NCBI GenBank assembly: GCA_050950765.1
Contig: JBMNIF010000003.1
Coordinates: forward strand, 448,001 to 512,000
DNA from: Bdellovibrionota bacterium
GTDB taxonomy: Bacteria; Bdellovibrionota_C; UBA2361; JAAYZI01
Direction of reading: 5' to 3'
DNA length: 64,000 nucleotides
Position 1 is the first letter of the stretch. Each line of letters starts with the position of its first letter. This document shows positions 52,928 to 62,770 of the stretch, piece after piece. The notes under the pieces were generated by a model. It saw nothing but the letters and a program-made list of their open reading frames with translations. It was not told where the DNA came from and made no database searches. Made by a program: the position numbers and the translations under genes.

Positions 52928-54163
52928 TTATTTATCAACGTTGTAATGTTTTAAAAAACTTTGTATGCCTTGCGCCATCCCAAGCGCTAAATCCTTTCTA
53001 AACTCCTCTTTTCCAAGTTTTTCTCCCTCTTTCTGATTACTAATAAAAAAGAGTTCGGCTAATACACAAGGCATATGAGTACCTACCAAGACATAAAAAG
53101 GAGCCTTTTTAACCCCTCTCCCTTTTATAGCACTCCAATTCCGTTCCATCTCAGAAATAATTTGATCATGTAGATCCTTTGCAAGAGCAATGGAATCTTC
53201 CAACTTCGCATTTTGAATCATCTCACTCAACATCATATAAAGATCTGCCGCAGCCCCTTCATACTTAATTGAAGCATTTTCACGTTCCGCCATTTTAATG
53301 GCTGCACTATCTTGCGTATTATCTAAATAATACACCTCAACTCCTGCAGCTTTTGCATCTTCTGAAGCATTAATATGCAGACTAATAAAGAGATCAGCGT
53401 TATAACTATTGGCAAAAGCAGTTCTTTCAGAAAGCGGAATAAACTCATCAGTTCTGCGAGTTAATTTTACTACTATCCGAGGATCTTTTTCTAAGATCTC
53501 TTGTAATTGTAAAGCGATCGCTAGCACCACATCTTTTTCAAGGAGTCCCCCTACTCCAACAGCACCGAAATCTTCTCCGCCATGACCTGGATCAAGCACA
53601 ATCAGGATTTGCCCCTCCTTTTTAGTATGTCGTGTAGTAGTAGCTTCCTGCTTAAACGGTAAATTATCCTTTATCTGCGCTATTCTAATTAACGCCACAT
53701 CGTGCATATCAGAATCTTGAAACTCTTGAACGATCTTCTGATACAAAGCTAGCGCCGTCTCTTTATCCGACCAATCAGAGAGATAAATTTCAGCGCGTCG
53801 CTTAATTGCATCATCTGCCAAAGGAGAATCCTTATATTTTTCACTAAGCTCCGTCAGCAAAGTATTAACTTGTTGCAATCTCTTGGGCTCACCGTGAAAG
53901 CGGTAAAGTTGTTCGATTAAAATGCTAGCATTATTCAAAGCTGAAGCGGCACCGTCAGCTTGCGGGTTTTTATTAGCGTAACTGATAAATTCATCCGCCA
54001 ACTTTTCCCAATCAGAAACTTTTTCCACCTCAGAATCAGTATTTCGTAAGCGTAGATAACGTTCCTTTAAACCTTTAAAATACACTTCGTTTTGCTGTGC
54101 TACAACCGTTTCAGGTATCACATTAAGTAAAATAAAGAACAAAATAGAAAAGAGTTTCTGCAT
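52928..54163 (-). CDS. N-acetylmuramoyl-L-alanine amidase (Amidase_3) with a TPR-like N-terminus
   Basis: LDPGHGGED, EKD, FISLHIN and APFYVL motifs. Confidence 0.9.
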   Translation of the reverse strand: MQKLFSILFFILLNVIPETVVAQQNEVYFKGLKERYLRLRNTDSEVEKVSDWEKLADEFISYANKNPQADGAASALNNASILIEQLYRFHGEPKRLQQVNTLLTELSEKYKDSPLADDAIKRRAEIYLSDWSDKETALALYQKIVQEFQDSDMHDVALIRIAQIKDNLPFKQEATTTRHTKKEGQILIVLDPGHGGEDFGAVGVGGLLEKDVVLAIALQLQEILEKDPRIVVKLTRRTDEFIPLSERTAFANSYNADLFISLHINASEDAKAAGVEVYYLDNTQDSAAIKMAERENASIKYEGAAADLYMMLSEMIQNAKLEDSIALAKDLHDQIISEMERNWSAIKGRGVKKAPFYVLVGTHMPCVLAELFFISNQKEGEKLGKEEFRKDLALGMAQGIQSFLKHYNVDK

Positions 54164-56844
54164 TATAATTCCTTTGCCTGTTTCTGTAACTTAGCTAAGA
54201 GGTTTAATGAATCCAACGGCGTCATACTATTTAGATCAATATCTTCAAGAAAAGTAGCTAATTTTTGTAGGTCTTGATAATCAGGTGGTGGCACCACTTT
54301 AACGACAGGGGTCGGTGGAAAAAGCTCATACTGCGCAGAAGGTGTTTCCCTCTCTCTCTTTACTAATTGTTTTTTAGATCTATCACAATCTATCTTATCA
54401 TCTGAAGTGTGTAACAAATCCTTAGCTCTTTCAAGTAAACCTTGTGGTAAGCCTGCTAACTTAGCAACCTCCAAGCCATAAGAACGATTGGCTGGGCCTT
54501 TACAAATTTCATGAGTAAAAAGCACGTCATCGCCGTTTTCTACAACACCGACAGAGAGATTTTGCACAACCGAATGATAACAATCCAACTCCGTTAATTC
54601 ATGAAAATGCGTTGCAAAAAGGGTTCGGCAAGATATCTTCTCAATGATCCATTCCAGAATAGCTCGCGCAATAGCGCGTCCATCAGCCGTCGCCGTTCCA
54701 CGCCCTATTTCATCAATCAATAAAAGTGATCTTTCACTTGCATTAGTTACGATATGCGCAGCTTCACGCATCTCAACCATGAAAGTCGATTCGCCTTCCA
54801 GCAAATCATCAGATGCGCCCATGCGTGCAAAAAGTTTATCAACGATCCCGATTATAGCACGTGTTGCGGAGACAAAAGAACCGATCTGCGCCATAACTGT
54901 TATCAACCCAGCTTGTCTTAAAAAGGTTGACTTACCGCCCATATTAGGACCCGTCAACATTACGCATTGTAAGGTAGGCGATAGGCTTAATGAATTAGCG
55001 ATAAAAGATCCTTTTAATAACCTTGCCACAACAGGATGTTTCCCGTTTTCTATGTCCAAAATATTATCTTCAACAATTGTCGGACAAACATACCCCTCAA
55101 GATCCGCCACATCAGCAAAACTTAACAAGACATCGAGTTGACACAATTTGGCATAAACAGCACGGAGTTGCAGACAATACGGAGTTACTTTTGAACGCAA
55201 TTCTTCAAACATTTTACGTTCAAGATCATATTGTCTTGACTCAGCACTTAAGACCTCCTGCTCCATCTCTTTTAGGTCTTGAGTGATAAACCTTTCGGCA
55301 TTAACTGTCGTCTGTTTTTTTATATAACGTTCAGGCACCTTAGCAAGGTGTGTTTTTGTAACCTCGATAAAATATCCGTGCACATTATTAAAGCGAATCT
55401 TTAAAGACGGGATCTCTGTAATTTGACGCTCTTTTGCTTCAAGTTCTGCAATCCAAGAACGTCCTTTTTTTCGAATATGTCTCAGATGATCCAACTCTTC
55501 ATTGCAACCTTCTTTAAAGATCCCCCCTTCCTTACAGTGTGACGGCGGAGCATCTATAAGATCTTTTAAAATTTCATCGTTCAATTCAGAAGAAACAGTT
55601 AGTCCTTGTGCGATCTCTTTTAAACGCGCGCTATTATTTTCACCAGTAGCAAGGTGTTCTAAGACATTTTTCAAAGTTGGTAGTTGCGTTAAAGAATCTC
55701 TTAGCGCTGCCAATTCTCTCGGCGTCGCAATATTTAGTTCAACCCTAGCAGCGATTCTCTCAAAATCACTGATGTATTTTATTACAGTCCTGATCTGATC
55801 AGACTCGACCTTATTATTGAGGAAACTCCGAACGGCATCTTGACGTGCTAAGATCTCACCTTTTTCTGTTGAAGGATTTAAGATCCATTCTCTTAACAGT
55901 CTAGCACCTCCGACAGTTTTAGTATGATTCAAGACACTAAATAAAGTGCCAGCAGAATCTCCATCTTTAGAATTTTGCACCAGCTCTAAAGTTCGTCTAG
56001 CAGAAGCATCGATACTCATAATATTCGAGACATCACGGATGGAAACTTTTTGGAAAGGAAGCTCTACATTAACCGTAGTCTCATCAACAAAATCTACCAA
56101 TAGACGCACAGCTTTTTTAGCGTGCACTCCGAGCGCAGCATATCCACTCAGCGCTCCCATACGAGCTCCCTCTCTCAGTTCTGCATAGCGCGGATTTCTA
56201 AACTTAAGCGCTGCACCTCTATTATTTTCCTCAAGGCGTCTAATCCAAGTAGATCTTTTATCAAACTTCTGATCGGAAACCTCTTTTGGGATAATAATTT
56301 CTGCCGGAGTAAGCTTTGACAATTCCGCCACAAGCACCCCTCTGTCCAGAGCCTCTCTAACAAAGATCTCCCCTGTTTGCACTGATGAATATGCTATCGA
56401 AAACGCTTCTACACTTTCAGAAGTCGGATAAACAGCTGCGATGATAGGAGCCCGATCGCCCTCTAGATCGCACTGCAATGTAATTCCTGGTGTAACTATT
56501 CGATCCAGTTTTCTATCTATTCCACTTTTTGTCTCCGTGCTTTCACATTGCGAAACCAAAGCTATGGAAAAACCCAACTTTAAAAGTCTCTCCAGATAAG
56601 ATTCAATAACTGGGATGGGCACCCCTGCCATCGGAACAGGATCAGGCGCGTTCTTGGTACGGCTCGTTAAGGTTAAGTTAATAGCCTCTGCAATCGTGAC
56701 GGCATCTTCAAAAAATGCCTCATAGAAATCTCCGACCTGAAACAACAAGATACAATCTGAATATTGTTGTTTAAATTCCAGATACTGCCTAAGCATCGGA
56801 GATAAATTTTCTGATTGCTCCGCTACATTCATCAACAACCCCAC
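54163..56844 (-). CDS. mutS: DNA mismatch repair protein MutS
   Basis: GDFYE, TGPNMGGKST, STFMVEM, DEIGRGT and SYG motifs. Confidence 0.97.
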   Translation of the reverse strand: MGLLMNVAEQSENLSPMLRQYLEFKQQYSDCILLFQVGDFYEAFFEDAVTIAEAINLTLTSRTKNAPDPVPMAGVPIPVIESYLERLLKLGFSIALVSQCESTETKSGIDRKLDRIVTPGITLQCDLEGDRAPIIAAVYPTSESVEAFSIAYSSVQTGEIFVREALDRGVLVAELSKLTPAEIIIPKEVSDQKFDKRSTWIRRLEENNRGAALKFRNPRYAELREGARMGALSGYAALGVHAKKAVRLLVDFVDETTVNVELPFQKVSIRDVSNIMSIDASARRTLELVQNSKDGDSAGTLFSVLNHTKTVGGARLLREWILNPSTEKGEILARQDAVRSFLNNKVESDQIRTVIKYISDFERIAARVELNIATPRELAALRDSLTQLPTLKNVLEHLATGENNSARLKEIAQGLTVSSELNDEILKDLIDAPPSHCKEGGIFKEGCNEELDHLRHIRKKGRSWIAELEAKERQITEIPSLKIRFNNVHGYFIEVTKTHLAKVPERYIKKQTTVNAERFITQDLKEMEQEVLSAESRQYDLERKMFEELRSKVTPYCLQLRAVYAKLCQLDVLLSFADVADLEGYVCPTIVEDNILDIENGKHPVVARLLKGSFIANSLSLSPTLQCVMLTGPNMGGKSTFLRQAGLITVMAQIGSFVSATRAIIGIVDKLFARMGASDDLLEGESTFMVEMREAAHIVTNASERSLLLIDEIGRGTATADGRAIARAILEWIIEKISCRTLFATHFHELTELDCYHSVVQNLSVGVVENGDDVLFTHEICKGPANRSYGLEVAKLAGLPQGLLERAKDLLHTSDDKIDCDRSKKQLVKRERETPSAQYELFPPTPVVKVVPPPDYQDLQKLATFLEDIDLNSMTPLDSLNLLAKLQKQAKEL

Positions 56845-57497
56845 TTAATAGCCTCTAAAAGGTAACAGCGAAAAAGCTAATCGAATGCTTTCACTCTTTA
56901 TCTTTTCACCATATCTTATTATTTACACGTATATTTTCAAGGATCTCTGCTGAACGAATTTTGTTTAGAGATCTCTCTTCATCTTACATTTAACTCTTTA
57001 AAAGTGTCGGTATTTTCACTCTCTTAAGGGGATAGCTACTGCTAGAAGCACAGAAAAAGTAATAAAAAATCTCGTCTTAAAATGGAGATACTGCGGAGTC
57101 TCTAGCCCCTTTCTAAAAACTCTTAAATTTAAAGAACTCCGCACCTTACCTTTGTTTTTGACCTTATATATATGATCAAAATCTAGAACTCCCTGCTAAA
57201 AATGATGTGCTAAGGTAATTTTATTTTTTGACACAACTAATAAAATACAATATTTTTAGATAGTTACTCTTTTTTACTTAAGACGCTCTCCTATTTATGC
57301 CGACTATAATGGATACAATAGAGGCAGAAGAAAGAGATTTGCAGATATGACAAAGAAAGGGCTGCGTTGGTTTTGTTGCCGATTTCATGTATAGCATCAT
57401 TCTCACACTGTCCGTTTGCCATTATATTTTATTTTTAATTGATAGAGGTCGTAGCACCCTGCTTAGTGCAGTAGCTTATTTTTGATTTTGGGATACG

Positions 57498-59858
57498 ATG
57501 ATTCATCAGATTGAAATTTGGATACTTGAACTTATCCGCTGGTATTTTAATTCCAGTTTCGTATTTGCCATACCATCTATCGTCCTCATCATTGTCCTCC
57601 TCTTTTTGCAGTTTTCACATCAAAACAAAAACCCTCTCCCTGGCATTGGTGCCATTCTACTTTGTATTGTCGAATTCTTTCACCTAGTTGAAAAATTCCA
57701 GGTAAGAGCTGATCTCTACTTTACAGACTTAATCCATCAGATGGAGATGCCATCACCATCTTCCTTTGGAAAATTGCCTTTTGGCTTCGAGCAGATCTTC
57801 ACTATCTTTGTTGGAAAAGCTGAAACTCGAACTTACCTTGAAGAGTTAATTTTTGTTATTTTTGCCACCTACTTTATACTTTTTCTAATAGAGGGTAGGA
57901 AGGATTATAAAAGAACTGGTGTCATACTCGGAGATTTCTCCATAAAAGATATCGTGAGTGGCTTTAATAATGAGGATCGTCGTCCTATCCGTTCAAAATC
58001 AAATGAGCTAGGTTCCGGAGATTTAGCCAATACAGATCAGATTATAAAATGGACAAAACCATCAGGTTCAAAAGGAGATACCTGTTTGCCAGTTACTGAT
58101 CTGCGCGGAAGCGACGGTATCTCGCTACGTTCCGGAGAGCTAGTCTGGCCAGCCGGAGAAAGGAATCGTCATATTTTAGCTATTGCAAAAACCGGTAGTG
58201 GAAAAACCTCCCGTTTAATCTTACCGATTCTTTATAGCGATTGTCTTTGCCAAGATCGTTCCACTATCGTGATCGACTCAAAGCCTGAGATGTGGCGCAA
58301 ATTGGCTCGCATGACTCGTGAATATAATCCTGAAAAAAATATCATGCTCTTCAACCCGTTAGATATTTCACGAAGCATGAGTTGGAATATTTTAAGTAAG
58401 ATTGAAGATGACACCGACTGTAAACTAATCGCTAACACCTTGATCATGGCAACAGAGAATCCATCTGCTAAAGGTGACAGCCCTTTCTTTAGGAACAACG
58501 CTCTTTCGATTTTAAATGCTATCATGGTCGGCTTATTGCGAGATCCTGATGAAACCTTATCAATGCCGAGGATCCACGAATTGGTACAATCTGGTATGAA
58601 GCCACTTTGTGATTGGTTGGAATCTCATCCGGAAGCATTCAGGACTTCCAGAACCTTTGTTGAATTGGCTAGATCAGAATCTCAAAATGCTGACACGATT
58701 ATGTCGGAGTTGGGATCCCGCTTAAGCGCTTGGGACCTACACGCTGTTCGTGCCACTACTGCCAAAGATGAATTGGATATCAAAAAGCTAATTACCGAAC
58801 CAACCCTCTTCATCGTTGAGTTCAGAGAATCAGAATTAGAGATGTTACGACCGTTGGCGAACGTAATTGTTATTGAGCTTCTAAGATTCTTAACGAAACA
58901 AGCCGAGTTCTGTCCTGGATCTAAATTACCACGTCCTGTCGGTTTAGTTATTGACGAGTTTGCTTCTGCACTAGGTCGCTTGCCTGATATTCACGTCAAG
59001 TTAAACACATTGCGTTCCCGTAATGTTAGTATCGTGGCAGCAATTCAATCAATCGCACAGATAAAATCGAACTATGGCGATACAGCAGATTCCGTATTAG
59101 CTGGTTTTAGCTCAACTATTTTAATGCCGTCTTTGGATGTCCAAGATGCAGAGTGGGCATCGAAAGAATCAGGTCAGATGACTATTCGCTTTCAAACCGC
59201 ATCTACCGGTAGTAACCGAAAGATTATTGAGTGGTTTGCTAGTAAAAACGTCGGCTCTCAAGAACAGGTACAACAACGTGCTGTTTTAACACCAGACGAG
59301 ATCGGACGTCCTGCCGATAACCGCGCTACCTTTTTCATGCCGAATACCCCACCCTTTCAAGGTTTCTTGGTGCCATTTTTCAAGATTCCGGAGATGCTCA
59401 AACGTCTAACAGAGTTTGATAACGATAAAGATGAGCTCTTTTTACGGGATGCGCCGATCGATTATGTAGATGCTCCCCCTGCTCCACCAGCTGCCAAACA
59501 GAACGCTGCTGCTTCAGGTGGGCTGCCTGCAGGTATCTCCAATACAGCAGGTTGGACAGATGAACAGCTAGCAAAGAAGCTTGATGAAGTTAGAGCCAGC
59601 CTTGATTGGGATAATACCACAGGGAGCGCTAGAAAATGGTGGGAAGCTTTTGAGAATGAAAATAAGCACCGTCTGGCATTGGTGCTTAGATTGGCTGAAG
59701 AGCTAGCTAACCGTAAAGCAACAATTACGGAATTCTTTCTCGCCTACGTTTACAGTAACACAGATAATATCCAAGCGAATTTATACTACCTTGACTACTC
59801 TCGCTTAAAGAAAGAGGAAGAACGCAAACGTAAAGAAGCTGCAGCAGCTAATCCGTAG
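57498..59858 (+). CDS. VirD4/TraG-like type IV coupling protein ATPase
   Basis: N-terminal TMs, Walker A AKTGSGKT, DSKPE, FNP..S.SWN, Walker B LVIDEF, QSIAQI..YG and LTPDEI. Confidence 0.8.
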   Translation: MIHQIEIWILELIRWYFNSSFVFAIPSIVLIIVLLFLQFSHQNKNPLPGIGAILLCIVEFFHLVEKFQVRADLYFTDLIHQMEMPSPSSFGKLPFGFEQIFTIFVGKAETRTYLEELIFVIFATYFILFLIEGRKDYKRTGVILGDFSIKDIVSGFNNEDRRPIRSKSNELGSGDLANTDQIIKWTKPSGSKGDTCLPVTDLRGSDGISLRSGELVWPAGERNRHILAIAKTGSGKTSRLILPILYSDCLCQDRSTIVIDSKPEMWRKLARMTREYNPEKNIMLFNPLDISRSMSWNILSKIEDDTDCKLIANTLIMATENPSAKGDSPFFRNNALSILNAIMVGLLRDPDETLSMPRIHELVQSGMKPLCDWLESHPEAFRTSRTFVELARSESQNADTIMSELGSRLSAWDLHAVRATTAKDELDIKKLITEPTLFIVEFRESELEMLRPLANVIVIELLRFLTKQAEFCPGSKLPRPVGLVIDEFASALGRLPDIHVKLNTLRSRNVSIVAAIQSIAQIKSNYGDTADSVLAGFSSTILMPSLDVQDAEWASKESGQMTIRFQTASTGSNRKIIEWFASKNVGSQEQVQQRAVLTPDEIGRPADNRATFFMPNTPPFQGFLVPFFKIPEMLKRLTEFDNDKDELFLRDAPIDYVDAPPAPPAAKQNAAASGGLPAGISNTAGWTDEQLAKKLDEVRASLDWDNTTGSARKWWEAFENENKHRLALVLRLAEELANRKATITEFFLAYVYSNTDNIQANLYYLDYSRLKKEEERKRKEAAAANP

Positions 59859-59891
59859 ACTAATACCGTTTTTACCCCCCCCCAAAAAAAA

Positions 59892-60765
59892 AACTGACCC
59901 CCTACTGGTGGGTGGCACCAAATTTACCAGCATTCTTTTAAGCCAAGATTCTGCACTGGTGGGTGGAGCCGTCCTTGCTGGTGGGTGGCACCAGATCTGC
60001 AGACCCTACAGTTGCAGCCCGTTCAGCCGTCCTTGAAGGGTGGCACCAGATCCAAGCCCCGCTGCCAATTAGGACACCCACCTTTAACTGGTGGGTGGCA
60101 CCAAAACTGCCAGATTTTAAGCTTTTGATAACATCTTGATATTACTAGCGGCACTGGTGGGTGGCACCAGTTTTTTAACCTCCGTCCTTGAAGGGTGGCA
60201 CCAGTTTTTTCCCGCTGCAATTTGCAGCCCGTTCAGCCGTCCCTGAAGGGTGGCACCAAATTTATCCAGTCGCCTAAGCCATCAAAGCAGCAAAAAAGAA
60301 GGGTGGCACCAGCGTCTAGCTGCCCAAACCGGTGGGTGGCACCAAAACTAACCATCTTTAGTTAGGTGCTAACATATTGATTTTAAAGGCTTCATTCTTT
60401 TAAGCCAAGATTCTGCACTGGTGGGTGGCACCAAATTTTTGACCAGTGCTGCTGGTGGGTGGCACCAGATCCAAGCCCAGCCAAAGTCAGCAGATCCCGT
60501 CTTACTAGTGGGTGGCACCAAGACTGCCGAACACCAGATCTGCAGCCCGTTCAGCCGTCCCTGAAGGGTGGCACCAGCGTCTAGCTGCCAGATCCAAGCC
60601 CCGCTGCCAATTAGGACACCCACCTTTAACTGGTGGGTGGCACCAAAACTGCCAGATTTTAAGCTTTTGATAACATCTTGATATTACTAGCGGCACTGGT
60701 GGGTGGCACCAGTTTTTTAACCTCCGTCCTTGAAGGGTGGCACCAGTGCTGGAACCAGTGCTGGA
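59892..60765 (-). repeat. Mosaic repeat array 6 (16 GGGTGGCACCA cores)
   Basis: Cores at 59910, 59983, 60038, 60093, 60159, 60193, 60248, 60301, 60334, 60423, 60457, 60510, 60566, 60635, 60701 and 60735. Lies between convergent genes. Confidence 0.95.
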
Positions 60766-60784
60766 AGAAATTTTATATAAAAAA

Positions 60785-61405
60785 TTAGGCTTTCTTTTTA
60801 GTCGTTGTGGCTTTTTTGGACTTTCCTGTTTTTGTTTCTGTCTTCGTTGTTTTCTTCGGCTCTTTAGTTTTCGGCTCTTTAACAACCCCTTTAGCAACCG
60901 TTTCTTTTTTGGCAGCTTTTACTTTTTTAGAGCTTTTTTCTGCCTTCTCCTTCTCTACAGCCTTAACTTTTTTTGAGCTTTTTTCTGCCTTTTCTACACC
61001 TGTTACTTTTTTAGAACCTTTTTCTTTTTCTGTCTTTTCTACATCTGTTGCCTTTTTCGTGGTTGTGGCTTTTTTCGTGGTTTTTTTCTCTTTTGTCTTA
61101 CCTTTATCAGAGCTAGCTTCACGGTCTACCTTATCACTCTCAGACCCTTTTACATCGATACTATCACTAGAACCTGTCTTCTTAGAATCCGCCGATTTTT
61201 CGGTATTCTCACTTGAGGAGTTCTTTGCTTGCGCTCCTCTTAAGATCTGCTCACCAAAGTTTAGCTTTTGCTGCTCATAACGCTCCATGATCCCTTCAAG
61301 CTCTTCTTTCTTGCTCGACCAAGTACATCCATCAATGCTAAACAACAAAACGGAGCCGCCACCAAAAGAAACTTCTTTTTCTAAATACTTGATTTTCTTA
61401 GCCAT
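60785..61405 (-). CDS. Lys-rich protein with a histone H1-like low-complexity tail
   Basis: Small globular N-terminus followed by KKATT and EKSSKKVKA repeats. Confidence 0.7.
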   Translation of the reverse strand: MAKKIKYLEKEVSFGGGSVLLFSIDGCTWSSKKEELEGIMERYEQQKLNFGEQILRGAQAKNSSSENTEKSADSKKTGSSDSIDVKGSESDKVDREASSDKGKTKEKKTTKKATTTKKATDVEKTEKEKGSKKVTGVEKAEKSSKKVKAVEKEKAEKSSKKVKAAKKETVAKGVVKEPKTKEPKKTTKTETKTGKSKKATTTKKKA

Positions 61406-61499
61406 TTACCATTTCACTCGAAAAAAATACACCGCTGATGTAATTAGTTCGATGAAAGAACAATGCACTGCGATTCACAAAAAGCACTAACTTCTAATC

Positions 61500-61542
61500 A
61501 AAAAAAAACGGAGACGACTCAAGAATAAGCCACCCCCGTTTT
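61500..61542 (-). terminator. Intrinsic terminator of the OmpA-like gene
   Basis: Minus strand ACGGGGGTGGCT...AGTCGTCTCCGT stem with GU pairs, followed by T8. Confidence 0.7.
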
Positions 61543-61564
61543 CTTAACTAGCAACGCATTTTTA

Positions 61565-62359
61565 TTACTGCGCGATAGCGTCCTGTGCAGCAGGTGCCGC
61601 TGCAGCATCAACATGCACTTCAACACGACGATTAATCGCACGTGCCCAATCTGTCTGCTCTTCAAAGATCGGTTTTGATTTTCCAAACGTCACGGTTGAA
61701 ACACGCTCAGGTGCGATCCCTAAAGCTAACAACTCCTGACGAACCGCTTCAGCTCTATCAAGTCCAAGCTTCTCATTGTACTCAGGTGTACCGATGTAGT
61801 CAGTATGCCCCTCAAGCACAACATTAACATCACCGGAATCTTGAAGTAATTGTCCGATCTGTTTTACACGACCTCTGCCAAGATCGTTCAAAGCACGAAC
61901 ATTAAAATCGAAATTAACATCTGGGAAATAAATATTGCGCTCACCCCCCTGATCTGGATTTAACGCCGTCACTTCAGCAGTATTACCAGCCTCAAGATCT
62001 GCGTAATTATAAGGGGAGATAGAACGACAATCCGGCACACTGGAATCACCAGAGAAACACTCCGGGTTTCTGAAGTCATACGGCTCACGATACCCCATAA
62101 CACTCCGCGTCGTTTCAGTAGAAGATGCAAAGTAACTTAATGGTCTAAAAAACACCTCACGCGCAACCCAACCTATCGGGTGCACTACGTAAGCTAACAC
62201 TCGCAAAGGATGAGACTCACTCTCACGATAGCGTGGTGCGGTATGATAGCTCACTATCCCATTATCAGCAGGAAGTTTATCTTGTGCTGAAACAACACAA
62301 GGAAAAACAGCCAAAACACTTAAAACCAATAAAACTTTAATTTTCGTTGCCATTCCCAA
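61565..62359 (-). CDS. OmpA/Pal C-terminal domain protein
   Basis: Signal peptide; NFDF, EGHTD, YNEKLGLDRA and NRRVE motifs. Confidence 0.88.
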   Translation of the reverse strand: MGMATKIKVLLVLSVLAVFPCVVSAQDKLPADNGIVSYHTAPRYRESESHPLRVLAYVVHPIGWVAREVFFRPLSYFASSTETTRSVMGYREPYDFRNPECFSGDSSVPDCRSISPYNYADLEAGNTAEVTALNPDQGGERNIYFPDVNFDFNVRALNDLGRGRVKQIGQLLQDSGDVNVVLEGHTDYIGTPEYNEKLGLDRAEAVRQELLALGIAPERVSTVTFGKSKPIFEEQTDWARAINRRVEVHVDAAAAPAAQDAIAQ

Positions 62360-62486
62360 TCTCTCAAAAGGATTTCACAAAATTGTCACAATCCCCGCCC
62401 CCTTCGCAACTAATCAAATCACAGCAAGGAACAGGACACCCCACTACGGAGAACGCACTCCCCATGGCAAAAACTCCACCACGGTA

Positions 62487-62515
62487 AGGATATTTAGAGA
62501 CGCCTTTTTCGTCAA
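62487..62515 (-). promoter_or_regulatory. Sigma-70-type promoter for the OmpA-like gene
   Basis: Minus strand TTGACG-N17-TATCCT. Confidence 0.55.
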
Positions 62516-62770
62516 GGGTAGAAATCTACGAGACATATAGATTCACTTCACGGAATAAAGGTCTCAAAAACATCTCTATCCTCCCTGCTAGTATTCTCTT
62601 TCTCGTTGACTTTAGCAAGGTATTTTATGCGGTTACCACCTTACAAAAAATACTTTCTTAATTCCACGAAACTGCAGATACCGACTCGGCATCTTAAGAT
62701 ATAGCTACTGTTGTATAAATTTAAGATTTTTCTAAAAAAATCAGTACAAAAAACCTAAGGTGCTAAAATT

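Noticed and set aside
54284..54296. Core-like GGTGGTGGCACCA in mutS; also GGACACCCCAC at 62434
   Set aside because: Imperfect matches with no adjacent modules; the mutS match is explained by Val-Pro-Pro codons.
59977..59984. E. coli Chi sequence GCTGGTGG beside cores (also 60451)
   Set aside because: Only two copies were noticed, Chi is lineage-specific, and the cores are clustered between genes rather than dispersed.
60807..61280. 157-aa plus-strand hydrophobic ORF; likewise 63214-63675 and other antisense ORFs
   Set aside because: Shadow frames of real genes on the opposite strand.
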